A stretch of DNA of 46,124 nt from an uncultured Pirellula sp. (GTDB taxonomy: Bacteria > Planctomycetota > Planctomycetia > Pirellulales > Pirellulaceae), in assembly GCA_903920425.1 (NCBI GenBank), contig CAIXME010000247.1, positions 1 through 46,124 on the forward strand. Direction: 5' to 3'. The notes beneath the pieces are model-generated. The model worked only from the letters and a program-made list of their open reading frames with translations, was not told where the DNA came from and did not search any database. Shown piece after piece: positions 1 to 9,317 of this stretch. Numbering within the stretch: position 1 is the stretch's first letter; the number at the start of each line of letters is the position of its first letter. A program made the translations under genes and the position numbers.

Positions 1-398
1 TCGTTGACCTTTACTGGGCCAAGCCAGCTCTTTCCACCGTCCAGTGTGCGGTACGCCAAGACGTCCCCATCAGTGCCTTTACCCTTCGGACCTCCAATCG
101 CAGTGATAACAATAGAATCGCCGGCATGAGCAATCCGAGGACCTCTTCGCATTCCGAGAGACATGTTAGGTACCCTAAAGGCGACGAGCGGTGAGGGCTT
201 CTCGTCCGATCCAACTCTGCAGTAATAAACGTCATCTCCAACGCCGAATGTAACATGTGCGACACCCCTCGAGTCCATACTCGCTTGCGGTTGTTTCGGT
301 GATCTCTCGCTGCTTCCCGAGAAGATCGTGAAAGGTTCGGAACCAGAGACCAAAGCGGGAACAAATATTAGAAGAGCTGCCAAAGTAGTCTTAAGCAT
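1..398 (-). CDS. Secreted BNR/Asp-box (sialidase-like) protein, runs off the window start; not in the ORF track
   Basis: Manual translation from ATG 398, which overlaps the RND stop by 8 nt: MLKTTLAALLIFVPALVSG...MSLGMRRGPRIAHAG...AYRTLDGGKSWLGPVKVND. Signal peptide plus an Asp-box (T-x-D-G-G-x-S-W). Confidence 0.85.
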   Translation of the reverse strand, partial: MLKTTLAALLIFVPALVSGSEPFTIFSGSSERSPKQPQASMDSRGVAHVTFGVGDDVYYCRVGSDEKPSPLVAFRVPNMSLGMRRGPRIAHAGDSIVITAIGGPKGKGTDGDVLAYRTLDGGKSWLGPVKVN

Positions 399-3300
399 TC
401 GGTGAACTCACTTGGTCTGACCTGGATAGCCCAGAGCCAAAAAGGTGAAAAAGTGCAGGAGTAACGATTTGGTCTAGAACGGTTGATGCAATCATGCCAC
501 CAAACAATACGACGGAAAGCGGATAAAGAATCTCCTTGCCAGGCTCGCCGTAACCAAACAACAACGGTAGCAGTCCTACAAAGCTAGTCATCGCTGTCAT
601 CATCACTGGTGCAAGGCGCTCTAGGCTTCCACGGATAATCATTTCTTTCCCAAATGGCATGCCGTCAACCTCCATCAAGTGTTGATAATGCGAGATCATC
701 ATGATGCCGTTACGACTAACAATGCCTATGAGCGTGATGAATCCAACCCAATGCGCCAAAGATAAATGAGTTGCCTGTATCCAGATACCAGGCCAGAGAT
801 ACCATGCTTGGCCCGCGAACTCCGAAGCTTCCGGTTTATTCACAATCAGGAGCGCCACAATCGCGCCCAGCGCTGCCAATGGAACGTTCACAATTACCTG
901 AAGTGCAGAACGCTGCGAGCCGAGGGCTTTCATCAGCAGCAGATAGACGCCGACGATACTCAGTAGTGCAAATCCCCATAGTCTATAGGTGGCTTGCTGC
1001 TGAGCTTCGAATTGTCCGCTGTAGTCGAGATAATACTCACCTGGCAGCGCATGAAGATATTGCTCAACCGGCTGGAGTGCTATTTTGATATCGCGTACAA
1101 CACTCGCCAAGTCTCGCCCCTGGACATTGCAGAAAACGGCGACTCGTCGTTGAACATGTTCACGATTGAGCACATTAGGACCAGTCGTATCCAGGATTTC
1201 TGCAACTTGTGACAGCGCGACTTTCGCTCCTGAGGGCGTTTCGAGAATTGTCTCTTCAATCACGTTCGGATCGCGACGAGACTCCTCGTCGTACCAAACA
1301 ACCAAACCAAAGTATTTATCCTCTTCAATGATCTGCGAAACGATGGTGCCTTTGAATGCCGTTTCTAAAATTTCGGCGACATCGCCGGGTGCGAGACCGT
1401 AACGCGAAGCTTCTTCACGCTTCACCCGCATTTGCAATTGGGAGATCTCGATCTGAGGTTCGATTTGAAGGTCAACTACCCCTTCGATCTCTTGCATGCG
1501 TGCCTGGACGTCGTATGCCGCAGTTCGCAATTCTCGTAAGTCCGGGCCAAACACCTTCACAGCGATCTGAGCACGAATTCCAGACATCATGTGATCCAGT
1601 CGGTGCGAGATCGGTTGGCCGATATTTACTGCCGCACCAGGAATACTCGATATTCGTTCTCGCAGATCGGCGATCACAACTTCCTGTGGTCGCCCATGGT
1701 ACTCAAAACTCCAAAGATGCGCGATCGGAATGGCTCGCAGGATAGTGTTCAGCCAACCTGCTTTCTCTGTCTTGTGCTGAGCGAATCGCACCTCGAACTC
1801 TGTATTGTTCACACCTTCTGCATGCTCATCCAATTCTGCGCGCCCCGTCCTGCGTGCAACTGACAGTACTTCGGGTACTTCAAGCAAAATCGATTCTACC
1901 CCACTAGCGATTCGCTGGCTCTCATCCAGCGAAGTACCCGGTTCAAGACGTAAATTGATAGTTGCTGTTCCTTCATTGAACGGAGGCAGAAATTCGCCTC
2001 CCATCCATGGCAGTGTCAGACAACTCAATAAGACGAAAACACTAACACCAGCAAGTACGGTTCGAGGGCGGTTAAGCGTCCAGCGAAGTACGCGCTCGTC
2101 CCAGTGTTTCAACCAACGCATGATGAATGGTTCGCGTTTTTCAGCGAGAAACGGTGCGCGAGGTAGTAGAACGCTTGCAAGTACGGGTGTGAAAGTTAAT
2201 GAAACCACCAAGGAGCAGAGTAATGCCACGATGTAAGCGACCCCAAGAGGAGCGAACAATCGTCCTTCGATGCCTGCCATCATAAACAACGGCAATACTA
2301 CCAGAACCACAATTAGCGTCGCATAAACAATGGAGTTACGGACTTCACTGGAAGCCAAGAAGATAACTTCTAGAGCCGGTTTCTGAGAATCTGAAGGTAA
2401 CTGCTTATTCTCACGCAATCGTCGGTAAATGTTCTCAACATCAACGATTGAGTCATCCACTAGGTCGCCAATCGCAACGGCAATCCCCCCCAAAGTCATC
2501 GTGTTGATCGTGATTCCAAACATATAGAAAACGATTACTGTCAATAGGATCGATAGCGGCATAGACGTTAGTGAGCTGATGCTAGTGCGAAAGTTGCCCA
2601 TCAAAAGGAACAGAATCACTACGACCCAAATCGCACCGTCGCGTACCGCTTCGCTGACGTTGTCAACCGCTGCTTCAATGAAGTGACTTTGGCGAAAAAT
2701 CTCGGATTCAATTTTGATATCGTCTGGTAATTCTTTTTGAAGCGAGACGAGCACCTCATTGATCCTGTGATCAAGTTTGATCGTGTCAGCCTCTGGCTGT
2801 TTCTGTATCGTCAGCATGACCGCCGTACCGCCTCGCAACTCTTGGTAGGGCTTTGCATGGGAATGCGACTGTTGACTTGACGACTTGGGAGAAAGGTGCG
2901 AACCATCGTTCATGTGCGCATGGGTAGCGTCATGACTCACCGCAAAGTTCACGTCCGGTTCGATCTTCACTACAGCGGAAGCATCGCCGCGTTTAACTGG
3001 CCCACCGAGCCTCACGTCAGCCACATCGCCGATGCGAATTGGCACTTGGTCGCGCCAGAGAATGGGAGTCGCTGCTACTTCGTCCAGCGTTAGAGACTGC
3101 CCTTGAATTCGAAGCAACGATTCTTTCTCACCGCGGCTCATCACACCACCGCCAGCGAGAACGTTGGCTTTCGTCGTTGCATCTGTTAGTTGTGCCAATG
3201 TCACGTTGCGAGCAGCTAGACGCGAGGGGGAAGTTAGCACTTGGAACTGCTTCAGAATTCCTCCCATTACGGAGACTTGAGACACGCCCTCAACCGCTAG

Positions 3301-3825
3301 TAGACGATTTCGGACCGTGAACTCGCCAATCGTCCGAAGTTCCATCGCTTTCGCATTGGCTTCATCCGGTGTGTTTGGTTTGAAATCGCTACGCAATGCT
3401 AACAGCATGATTTCGCCCATGATTGACGAAATGGGTGCAAGAGTAGGATTCGTGTTAGGTGGTAGTTTCGACTGGGCTAGTTGAAGCTTTTCGTTGACGA
3501 TCTGACGGTCTATAAATATGTCCGTGCCCCACTCGAATTCGACCCAGATGATTGATAAACCAATCGCTGAAGAAGAGCGAACGCGTTTTACACCCGTCGC
3601 ACCATTTAGCAGCAACTCGATGGGGCGAGTTACTAGCACCTCCACTTCTTCTGGCGCGAATCCCGGTGCCTCGGTCATAATCGTGACCGTCGGGCGATTT
3701 AGATCGGGGAAAACATCGACTGGCATTGTCTGAAGTAGTGATGCTCCAATTAACATCACCAGCAAAGACGCAATCGCGACGATGGCGCGGTTTTGAAGTG
3801 AAAAACGTATAATGGTATCGAGCAA
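391..3825 (-). CDS. Heavy-metal efflux RND permease, CusA/CzcA family (RND1)
   Basis: 1144 aa; DVFPDLNRP N-terminus, TM4 GDLVDDSIVDVENI, ERLAPVMMTA; His-rich periplasmic insertion. Confidence 0.95.
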   Translation of the reverse strand: MLDTIIRFSLQNRAIVAIASLLVMLIGASLLQTMPVDVFPDLNRPTVTIMTEAPGFAPEEVEVLVTRPIELLLNGATGVKRVRSSSAIGLSIIWVEFEWGTDIFIDRQIVNEKLQLAQSKLPPNTNPTLAPISSIMGEIMLLALRSDFKPNTPDEANAKAMELRTIGEFTVRNRLLAVEGVSQVSVMGGILKQFQVLTSPSRLAARNVTLAQLTDATTKANVLAGGGVMSRGEKESLLRIQGQSLTLDEVAATPILWRDQVPIRIGDVADVRLGGPVKRGDASAVVKIEPDVNFAVSHDATHAHMNDGSHLSPKSSSQQSHSHAKPYQELRGGTAVMLTIQKQPEADTIKLDHRINEVLVSLQKELPDDIKIESEIFRQSHFIEAAVDNVSEAVRDGAIWVVVILFLLMGNFRTSISSLTSMPLSILLTVIVFYMFGITINTMTLGGIAVAIGDLVDDSIVDVENIYRRLRENKQLPSDSQKPALEVIFLASSEVRNSIVYATLIVVLVVLPLFMMAGIEGRLFAPLGVAYIVALLCSLVVSLTFTPVLASVLLPRAPFLAEKREPFIMRWLKHWDERVLRWTLNRPRTVLAGVSVFVLLSCLTLPWMGGEFLPPFNEGTATINLRLEPGTSLDESQRIASGVESILLEVPEVLSVARRTGRAELDEHAEGVNNTEFEVRFAQHKTEKAGWLNTILRAIPIAHLWSFEYHGRPQEVVIADLRERISSIPGAAVNIGQPISHRLDHMMSGIRAQIAVKVFGPDLRELRTAAYDVQARMQEIEGVVDLQIEPQIEISQLQMRVKREEASRYGLAPGDVAEILETAFKGTIVSQIIEEDKYFGLVVWYDEESRRDPNVIEETILETPSGAKVALSQVAEILDTTGPNVLNREHVQRRVAVFCNVQGRDLASVVRDIKIALQPVEQYLHALPGEYYLDYSGQFEAQQQATYRLWGFALLSIVGVYLLLMKALGSQRSALQVIVNVPLAALGAIVALLIVNKPEASEFAGQAWYLWPGIWIQATHLSLAHWVGFITLIGIVSRNGIMMISHYQHLMEVDGMPFGKEMIIRGSLERLAPVMMTAMTSFVGLLPLLFGYGEPGKEILYPLSVVLFGGMIASTVLDQIVTPALFHLFGSGLSRSDQVSSPNA

Positions 3826-3830
3826 GTGAA

Positions 3831-6056
3831 CTACCTCAAAGATGCGAAGGCCGTCTGCAGCTCTCGACTACCAACGGTTACAACCGACTCACCAGCTTCG
3901 ATACCAGAAACAATCTCGGTATACTGTCCATCGGTCTGACCAATAGTTACGCGTCGTCGCTCCATATTGCCGTCGTTCTTTCGAACAAAGCTAAAAAGGT
4001 GCAGTCCATCACGGAGAATTGCAGATGCAGGAATTGCTAAACGCGAACTCTTGGTTCCCACTGGCAGGCCGACTGTCATTAACGCGCCGGAGCTAAATTG
4101 TGGGATATTGGAATCGTCTACGCGGGGAGTTTTTGGAGTGAACCATATTCGCTGCGTTCTTGTGGACTCGCTTAGCGTTGGCCCAATTCGCGAAAGAACG
4201 ACTGGAAGCCTTACTTCTGAGTCGGCGAGCAGGGATGCTACTCCAACTGCATCGACAGACATAGAAGCAACCTCTCTCGAAGGTACCTGGGCCTCGATCC
4301 AAAACGATTGCAAATCTTGGATTTCTACAAGAGGTTGATTGGCCGTTACGGTTTCACCGAGCGTGACCACAGATGAGGCAATTCTCCCACTGATATTGGC
4401 ACGAATTGGCAGGTAGTCTAGTATCCGTCGTTGATTGGCGATGGAGTCGATTTCGCTATCTGATAAACTCAACGTGGCGAGTTGTCGTCGCAGGCTTTGG
4501 GCACGTATCTCAAGTTGCTCCGCTTGTGCGCGTGTCTCCAAAACCAAGCGCATCGAGACCGCGTCTCCCTTGACGCTTTCCAGCCGATCGGCGCGACGAC
4601 GGGACAAGTCTGAGTCCAACGAGGTACTAATCAAGTCAAGCTGTAGCTTGTAGAATTCAGGTGAGGTGATCTCCATTAGTTTATCGCCTTTTTTCACAGA
4701 CCGGCCAGGACTTAGCGAATGGGACTGAACAGTTCCGTTCAACTGCGTCGTAAGGACACTTCGATTTTCGGGAGGCAAGGTAACTACCGCAGGAAGTTGA
4801 AGTGTTTTTGATACATCGCGATAACCAGCAGCCTCCGTTCGGATTCCCAAGCGTTGCTGTTCTTGGGCTGAGAGTCTTAGCACACCGAGGAAGAATAAAC
4901 TCGAAAGCTCGTGGCCGCCTCTAACAACGACTCGATCGCCGGGAAATATCTCCCCTTGAATTACTTCAACCATTGATTCGGAGCTATGACCATCCGTCAA
5001 TTTGCGACTACCAAGCCGCACGGTCCTCTTACGATACTCAGCGGTCGACCGAGTCGATGCTTCCTCGACAAAAAGATAGCTTTGTAGACCGTCGCTGTGT
5101 ATAGCCCGTTGCGGAACTGCAATCGTGTCCGCTTGTTCCGATGTGTATATCGTTGCCGAGCCTACAAGCCCTGGAATGACCGAAGGATGATTCAATGTCA
5201 CCCATGCTGATATCACTTGCGTTTTTGAGTCGAGAACCGCGTCCATTCGATCGATGACTCCCTCTACAGATAGGGATGAACTCGGAAAATGGACGCTTAC
5301 TCGATTGCCCACTTTAACGTTGAATATGTCCTTCTCAAGTAATTGGAGGCGTACCCAAACTTCGTCGGTATTCACGATTTCAAAAAGATGTTCGAACGCT
5401 TCAACGTACTTACCTTCAGCTAAGTCCGAGTGGAGAATGCGTCCGCCAATCGGTGATCGAAGAGGGAAAAGCAGTTCGCTCGAGGGATCGAGTTGAGAAC
5501 TTTGAAGTGAAACTCCGAGCGTGCGCGCTCGCAGTTCCGATACCTCCAAGCGATTTCGGCTTTGCTCTACCCCATTCTCGATATCCAAAAGACGCTGCAT
5601 TGGTACTGCGCCCGCTTGCGCAGAAGGTCTTGTCATCTCCAACAGGCGAAGGTTTAAAGCTAAATCATTCTTTGCCTGGAGAAAATCAAGTCGTACCAAC
5701 TCAAGTTCTCTGCTACTCATCTCGGCGACTACCTGATTCTTTTCAACCAAATCTCCTGGTCGTACGAGAAGCTTGGAAATGCGTCCAGCTATCTGAGCTG
5801 ACCCAAACGCTTTGGCCTGCCAAGGAGTCACGGATTCCGCATATACGTTCATTTTCGAAGCAACAGTGCCAACAACAACCTCTTCTGACAGAAGCCCAAT
5901 CGCACTTCGCGCTTGCCCAGAAAGCGTCACATAACCGTTCTGAGTATCGACTTGAACTCCTTTTGTCGGAAGTGGTTGATGACCCTCGTGGGCATAGCAT
6001 ATTGAACTTGTAGTTAGCCAAAATATGCTCAAAAGACCGCTCTTCAATATGCTCAC
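3831..6056 (-). CDS. RND periplasmic adaptor with two tandem MFP modules
   Basis: 741 aa; signal peptide then HEGH; two sets of barrel-sandwich/hairpin/beta-barrel motifs (RSPIGGRI...GDRVVVRG and RANISGRI...GESVVTVG). Confidence 0.9.
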   Translation of the reverse strand: MSILKSGLLSIFWLTTSSICYAHEGHQPLPTKGVQVDTQNGYVTLSGQARSAIGLLSEEVVVGTVASKMNVYAESVTPWQAKAFGSAQIAGRISKLLVRPGDLVEKNQVVAEMSSRELELVRLDFLQAKNDLALNLRLLEMTRPSAQAGAVPMQRLLDIENGVEQSRNRLEVSELRARTLGVSLQSSQLDPSSELLFPLRSPIGGRILHSDLAEGKYVEAFEHLFEIVNTDEVWVRLQLLEKDIFNVKVGNRVSVHFPSSSLSVEGVIDRMDAVLDSKTQVISAWVTLNHPSVIPGLVGSATIYTSEQADTIAVPQRAIHSDGLQSYLFVEEASTRSTAEYRKRTVRLGSRKLTDGHSSESMVEVIQGEIFPGDRVVVRGGHELSSLFFLGVLRLSAQEQQRLGIRTEAAGYRDVSKTLQLPAVVTLPPENRSVLTTQLNGTVQSHSLSPGRSVKKGDKLMEITSPEFYKLQLDLISTSLDSDLSRRRADRLESVKGDAVSMRLVLETRAQAEQLEIRAQSLRRQLATLSLSDSEIDSIANQRRILDYLPIRANISGRIASSVVTLGETVTANQPLVEIQDLQSFWIEAQVPSREVASMSVDAVGVASLLADSEVRLPVVLSRIGPTLSESTRTQRIWFTPKTPRVDDSNIPQFSSGALMTVGLPVGTKSSRLAIPASAILRDGLHLFSFVRKNDGNMERRRVTIGQTDGQYTEIVSGIEAGESVVTVGSRELQTAFASLR

Positions 6057-6071
6057 GACTTACCTCGCAAA

Positions 6072-6986
6072 CTACTTCACAAACGAATCGGGTTCAGGCA
6101 ACGCATCGGATGAAGCTTTGGCTGTTTTGAGATACTCGTCAACGCAGGGTGGACAGCAAAACTGGTAAGGTTTGCCGTCAATAACCCAAGTAAAGTTCGG
6201 GTTCGCCTTGGTCTCTGTGATGGGACAGATTCGATCACCAGGCTTTGGATTCATATCGTGTGCGGACTTGATCCCCTTGAACTTCTGGGACGCTGTTACG
6301 TTTCCGTTAGCCGTAATATCAGCCGCTGTGTATCGTCCGCCGGGAGTAAGATAGAGTTCCCTCTCCGCATCATCCGCCAGCTTATCGGGCATATCGGGAG
6401 AATTTCCATGGCTCTCTTCACCCGAGACAAATCCAAGCCGGAATCGTTCGCCATCAATTCGAATATTTGGAATGGTCACGTCCAGTTTTCGGCCGACTAA
6501 TTCCTTTGGCAACTTGCCAACGAAAAGCGACGTTTTTCCATTGCCATCGCCATCCTGCGGAGTCGGCTCGAAGGCAACGGCTTTAGAATCCGCATCACCG
6601 TCCGCTTTCACGAATCCCTTCAGCGTTTGACTCTCGACATCGATGACGCGACTCTCGTCCTTTCCAAGAGTGTATAGTCGAATCGCCCCTTCAGAGTCGA
6701 TAACTGCTTCAACGTGATAACTGTCTCGACCTAACGAAACCATGATTCCACCATGTGCACCGGCTTTGTGCCCGTGTTCGGCGTCGGAATCTCCCGGCGC
6801 GGACGAAGCAAGCGACGTTTCGGATGTCCTGTCGTTCGCAGTTAGGCTTGGCCGAGCCATATCTTGCTGAGGATTTTTAGCGGCCGAAACGTCCTGATGA
6901 TTCGTTGGTTTGCATCCAGCGAGGAACAGCACGCCTAGAGCCGAACTCGCAACCAAACTTAGAAGAAGCCATTTGCTTTTCGTCAT
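6072..6986 (-). CDS. Lipoprotein with a His-motif N-domain and a C-terminal YHS/TRASH metal-binding domain
   Basis: Lipobox LAGC; HGHKAGAHGG; CPIT...YQFCCPPC. Confidence 0.8.
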   Translation of the reverse strand: MTKSKWLLLSLVASSALGVLFLAGCKPTNHQDVSAAKNPQQDMARPSLTANDRTSETSLASSAPGDSDAEHGHKAGAHGGIMVSLGRDSYHVEAVIDSEGAIRLYTLGKDESRVIDVESQTLKGFVKADGDADSKAVAFEPTPQDGDGNGKTSLFVGKLPKELVGRKLDVTIPNIRIDGERFRLGFVSGEESHGNSPDMPDKLADDAERELYLTPGGRYTAADITANGNVTASQKFKGIKSAHDMNPKPGDRICPITETKANPNFTWVIDGKPYQFCCPPCVDEYLKTAKASSDALPEPDSFVK

Positions 6987-7016
6987 TTTTAGACCCTGGT
7001 TATCTGTAGAATGGAA

Positions 7017-7487
7017 CTATTTCTTGAGTGAGGCTTCGTAAAGATCGTCAAGCTTGGCAAGAAATTTCTCTGGCGCAACCGTCATTTTCTTTACGCAGGG
7101 AGGACAGCAAACATAAACGAAATGACCTTCCACAATCCCATGCTTGGACTTCTCGGAAACTTCATTGTCGGTCATCACGAGACAGTGCCCTTGAGCCTTC
7201 GCAAAGTTACTCCGAATCTTGTCGAGATACTTTGCGTCGGGCTTTGACTTCAAACAATCTGCGCAACAGACATAGAGAATTTCCTTGGTCTCTGGATCAG
7301 TCATCTTGACTGGCTTTGCATGGCTGGTCAGCGATTCGCCAGAGACCGGACATATTGCTTGTACAGAGATCCTTAATCGCTCGCGGCGTTGCTCTGGACT
7401 TTCCTTTTGTGGTTCATCCGCAAAGGAAAATCCAACCATACAAACCGAAACAGCAATCACAAAAAACTTACCAAATGCACGAAACAT
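7017..7487 (-). CDS. Secreted tandem YHS/TRASH-domain protein
   Basis: Likely start ATG 7487 (GAGGT RBS); signal peptide; CPVSG...YVCCADC and CLVM...YVCCPPC. Confidence 0.8.
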   Translation of the reverse strand: MFRAFGKFFVIAVSVCMVGFSFADEPQKESPEQRRERLRISVQAICPVSGESLTSHAKPVKMTDPETKEILYVCCADCLKSKPDAKYLDKIRSNFAKAQGHCLVMTDNEVSEKSKHGIVEGHFVYVCCPPCVKKMTVAPEKFLAKLDDLYEASLKK

Positions 7488-7520
7488 CTTAACCTCTTCA
7501 TACTTGAAAACGAACACTAA

Positions 7521-8348
7521 CTACAACTTCGTTGAAGCCACCCACTGGTTGACTTCGGCAATATCGTTTGCGCCAATCATTGTCAACTGACGATCATTGT
7601 TCTTCCAGCTCACGGCGAGCTGCCCAGCGGCTTCAATAATCTTGCATGTCTTGCCGCTGCACTGGGTCTCAATGGATGGCAAGCTGCCAAACCAAACAGG
7701 CTGTTCATCTTTGTGCTCAAACAGGATCAGCGATGTGCCATCGTTACGTTCGCATATCGACGCCGAACATTTGCAACAGGGCATATTGAGCACATGAGTT
7801 GATACTCGAGTGAAACCTTCGGGAATGCTCTTAAAAACAGCCGGCTCATAGCCAAGGTAGCTCTCGGTTGCTTTGATATCGAGTTCCTTTCCTTGATACT
7901 TTGATACCAACTTCGCGATTGCTACCTTAGGCTCCGACTTGGCTGCACGGATGACTTCTTGAAAGTCAACAGCCAATGCAGCATGTTCGTGAGAAGCTTC
8001 TCCTGCATCATGATCCGATGACGGATTCCTCGCAAAAAACCAGATCAGTGACACAGACGCAGCCGTCACCAGAACCGCATAGATCCAGTTTTTCGGCAAC
8101 GGCTTAGAAGGAATCGAGACGATTCGATCACTATCCAGTCGTGGAGCAACCTGCTCCCAAAGGGAATTGGTGTCAACACTCGCCTCGGACTGCCGCATGA
8201 GCGTACCTATCGCTTGAAACTCGACAATCGTCGCGCGGCAAGCATTGCAGTGATCACAGTGTGACTCGAAATCCGTGCGCTCTTTTGCATCGAGTTCGTT
8301 ATCGATGTACGCCGACAATCGTTCTTCAATCCAATCGCAATTGATCAT
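7521..8348 (-). CDS. Zinc-finger (zf-HC2/ZAS) transmembrane anti-sigma factor with a Cys/His-containing extracytoplasmic domain
   Basis: LSAYIDNEL...HCDHCNAC (HxxxCxxC), one TM helix, then HEH, MPCCKCSASIC, CSGKTC. ATG 8348 overlaps the sigma stop (TAATG). Confidence 0.9.
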   Translation of the reverse strand: MINCDWIEERLSAYIDNELDAKERTDFESHCDHCNACRATIVEFQAIGTLMRQSEASVDTNSLWEQVAPRLDSDRIVSIPSKPLPKNWIYAVLVTAASVSLIWFFARNPSSDHDAGEASHEHAALAVDFQEVIRAAKSEPKVAIAKLVSKYQGKELDIKATESYLGYEPAVFKSIPEGFTRVSTHVLNMPCCKCSASICERNDGTSLILFEHKDEQPVWFGSLPSIETQCSGKTCKIIEAAGQLAVSWKNNDRQLTMIGANDIAEVNQWVASTKL

Positions 8349-8956
8349 TATGCCTCCCAACCCAGTTGGATTAGCGAAGTCCTAAGTTCTTTTCTTGCTT
8401 TGTTCAGTCTTGAACCTACCGTTCCTTCAGGAATACCAAGTACGCTTGCAATTGCCTCGTATCCCAACCCTTCAACTTCCTTCATGTGCAGAATTGCCCT
8501 TTGCTCGCCCGAGATTTTCTCCATCGCGAAGTTCAAAATCTCTGCCTCATCGGATTGGTTTTGGCGATTCGGATCTTCGGACATTTCGGTTTCCAAAGCG
8601 ACTTTAAATGCTCGCTGTGCCTCTCGATTGGACTTTCGTAAGTACTGCAAACTTTGATTGACCGCCATTCGATGAGCCCAAGTCTCCAGCGATGACTCAA
8701 ATCGGAACTGATCAAGCTTCGAAAACAACTGGATGACAAAATCTTGCATCACATCGTCCGCGTCGCTGGTTCCTACAATCTTTCGAATCACTCGATAAAT
8801 CCTCGAAGCCAGAAGTTCGTAAATTCGTTTTTGATATTCTCGATCTCCGGCTGCCGCGCTTCTGACCCACAATTTCAGGTCGTCTATGGAAACACTCTCC
8901 GATAATGTGGCGTGCGGTGTCAACTTCTTTGAGTTGGATGACTCTGATTGCTGCAT
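8348..8956 (-). CDS. ECF sigma factor (sigma-70 group 4)
   Basis: Region 2 DADDVMQD...FRFESSLETWAHRMAVN; region 4 YEAIASVLGIPEGTVGSRLNKAR. Confidence 0.95.
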   Translation of the reverse strand: MQQSESSNSKKLTPHATLSESVSIDDLKLWVRSAAAGDREYQKRIYELLASRIYRVIRKIVGTSDADDVMQDFVIQLFSKLDQFRFESSLETWAHRMAVNQSLQYLRKSNREAQRAFKVALETEMSEDPNRQNQSDEAEILNFAMEKISGEQRAILHMKEVEGLGYEAIASVLGIPEGTVGSRLNKARKELRTSLIQLGWEA

Positions 8957-8984
8957 TCTTCACTCCATGCTGCGAAAAAGTTTT

Positions 8985-9018
8985 GCCTGCTCGAAATACT
9001 CGACCGATTCGAGCAGGC
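8985..9018 (-). terminator. Strong hairpin (terminator/attenuator candidate) between the small CC peptide and the ECF sigma
   Basis: Perfect 11-bp inverted repeat GCCTGCTCGAA (8985-8995)/TTCGAGCAGGC (9008-9018); a T-run follows on the minus strand. Confidence 0.6.
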
Positions 9019-9042
9019 TGACTTTGATTACAACGCCGGCGA

Positions 9043-9216
9043 CTACCGTCGGCAGCAGGATCGGTTATCGAGACAGCAATACGCATTCTTCATGCAGCAG
9101 ACCGGCTGACCTTTCACCGACAAAGAAGATTCACTCGCAGTTCCGTTGCCAGCCATCGACTCGATACCGAACGAAGCCAACGCAACAATCCCCAATAGCG
9201 CAATTTTTGTAAACAT
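9043..9216 (-). CDS. 57-aa secreted peptide with a CC-x5-CC-x5-CC C-terminus; not in the ORF track
   Basis: MFTKIALLGIVALASFGIESMAGNGTASESSLSVKGQPVCCMKNAYCCLDNRSCCRR; AGGTG RBS; co-oriented inside the operon. Confidence 0.8.
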   Translation of the reverse strand: MFTKIALLGIVALASFGIESMAGNGTASESSLSVKGQPVCCMKNAYCCLDNRSCCRR

Positions 9217-9251
9217 GATTCACCTATGTACTTAAAAAACAGAGAGATTTC

Positions 9252-9316
9252 GATTGCGATCCAACAGTAGGTTCGCAATCAGTCCAACAAACCAGAAACA
9301 AAGGTTTGTTGGGACT
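9252..9316 (-). promoter_or_regulatory. Two tandem hairpins directly after the stop of leader ORF L1
   Basis: Inverted repeats 9281-9293/9303-9316 (one bulge) and 9252-9259/9273-9280; a T-tract follows on the minus strand. Confidence 0.55.
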
Positions 9317-9317
9317 C

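Noticed and set aside
11-364. 117-aa ORF in the track
   Set aside because: A different frame on the same strand encodes the clear signal-peptide/Asp-box protein starting at 398.
8348-8956. Calling the sigma CorE or CnrH
   Set aside because: It has no C-terminal Cys-rich domain (CorE) and no CnrY/CnrX-like partners; its anti-sigma is a ZAS type.
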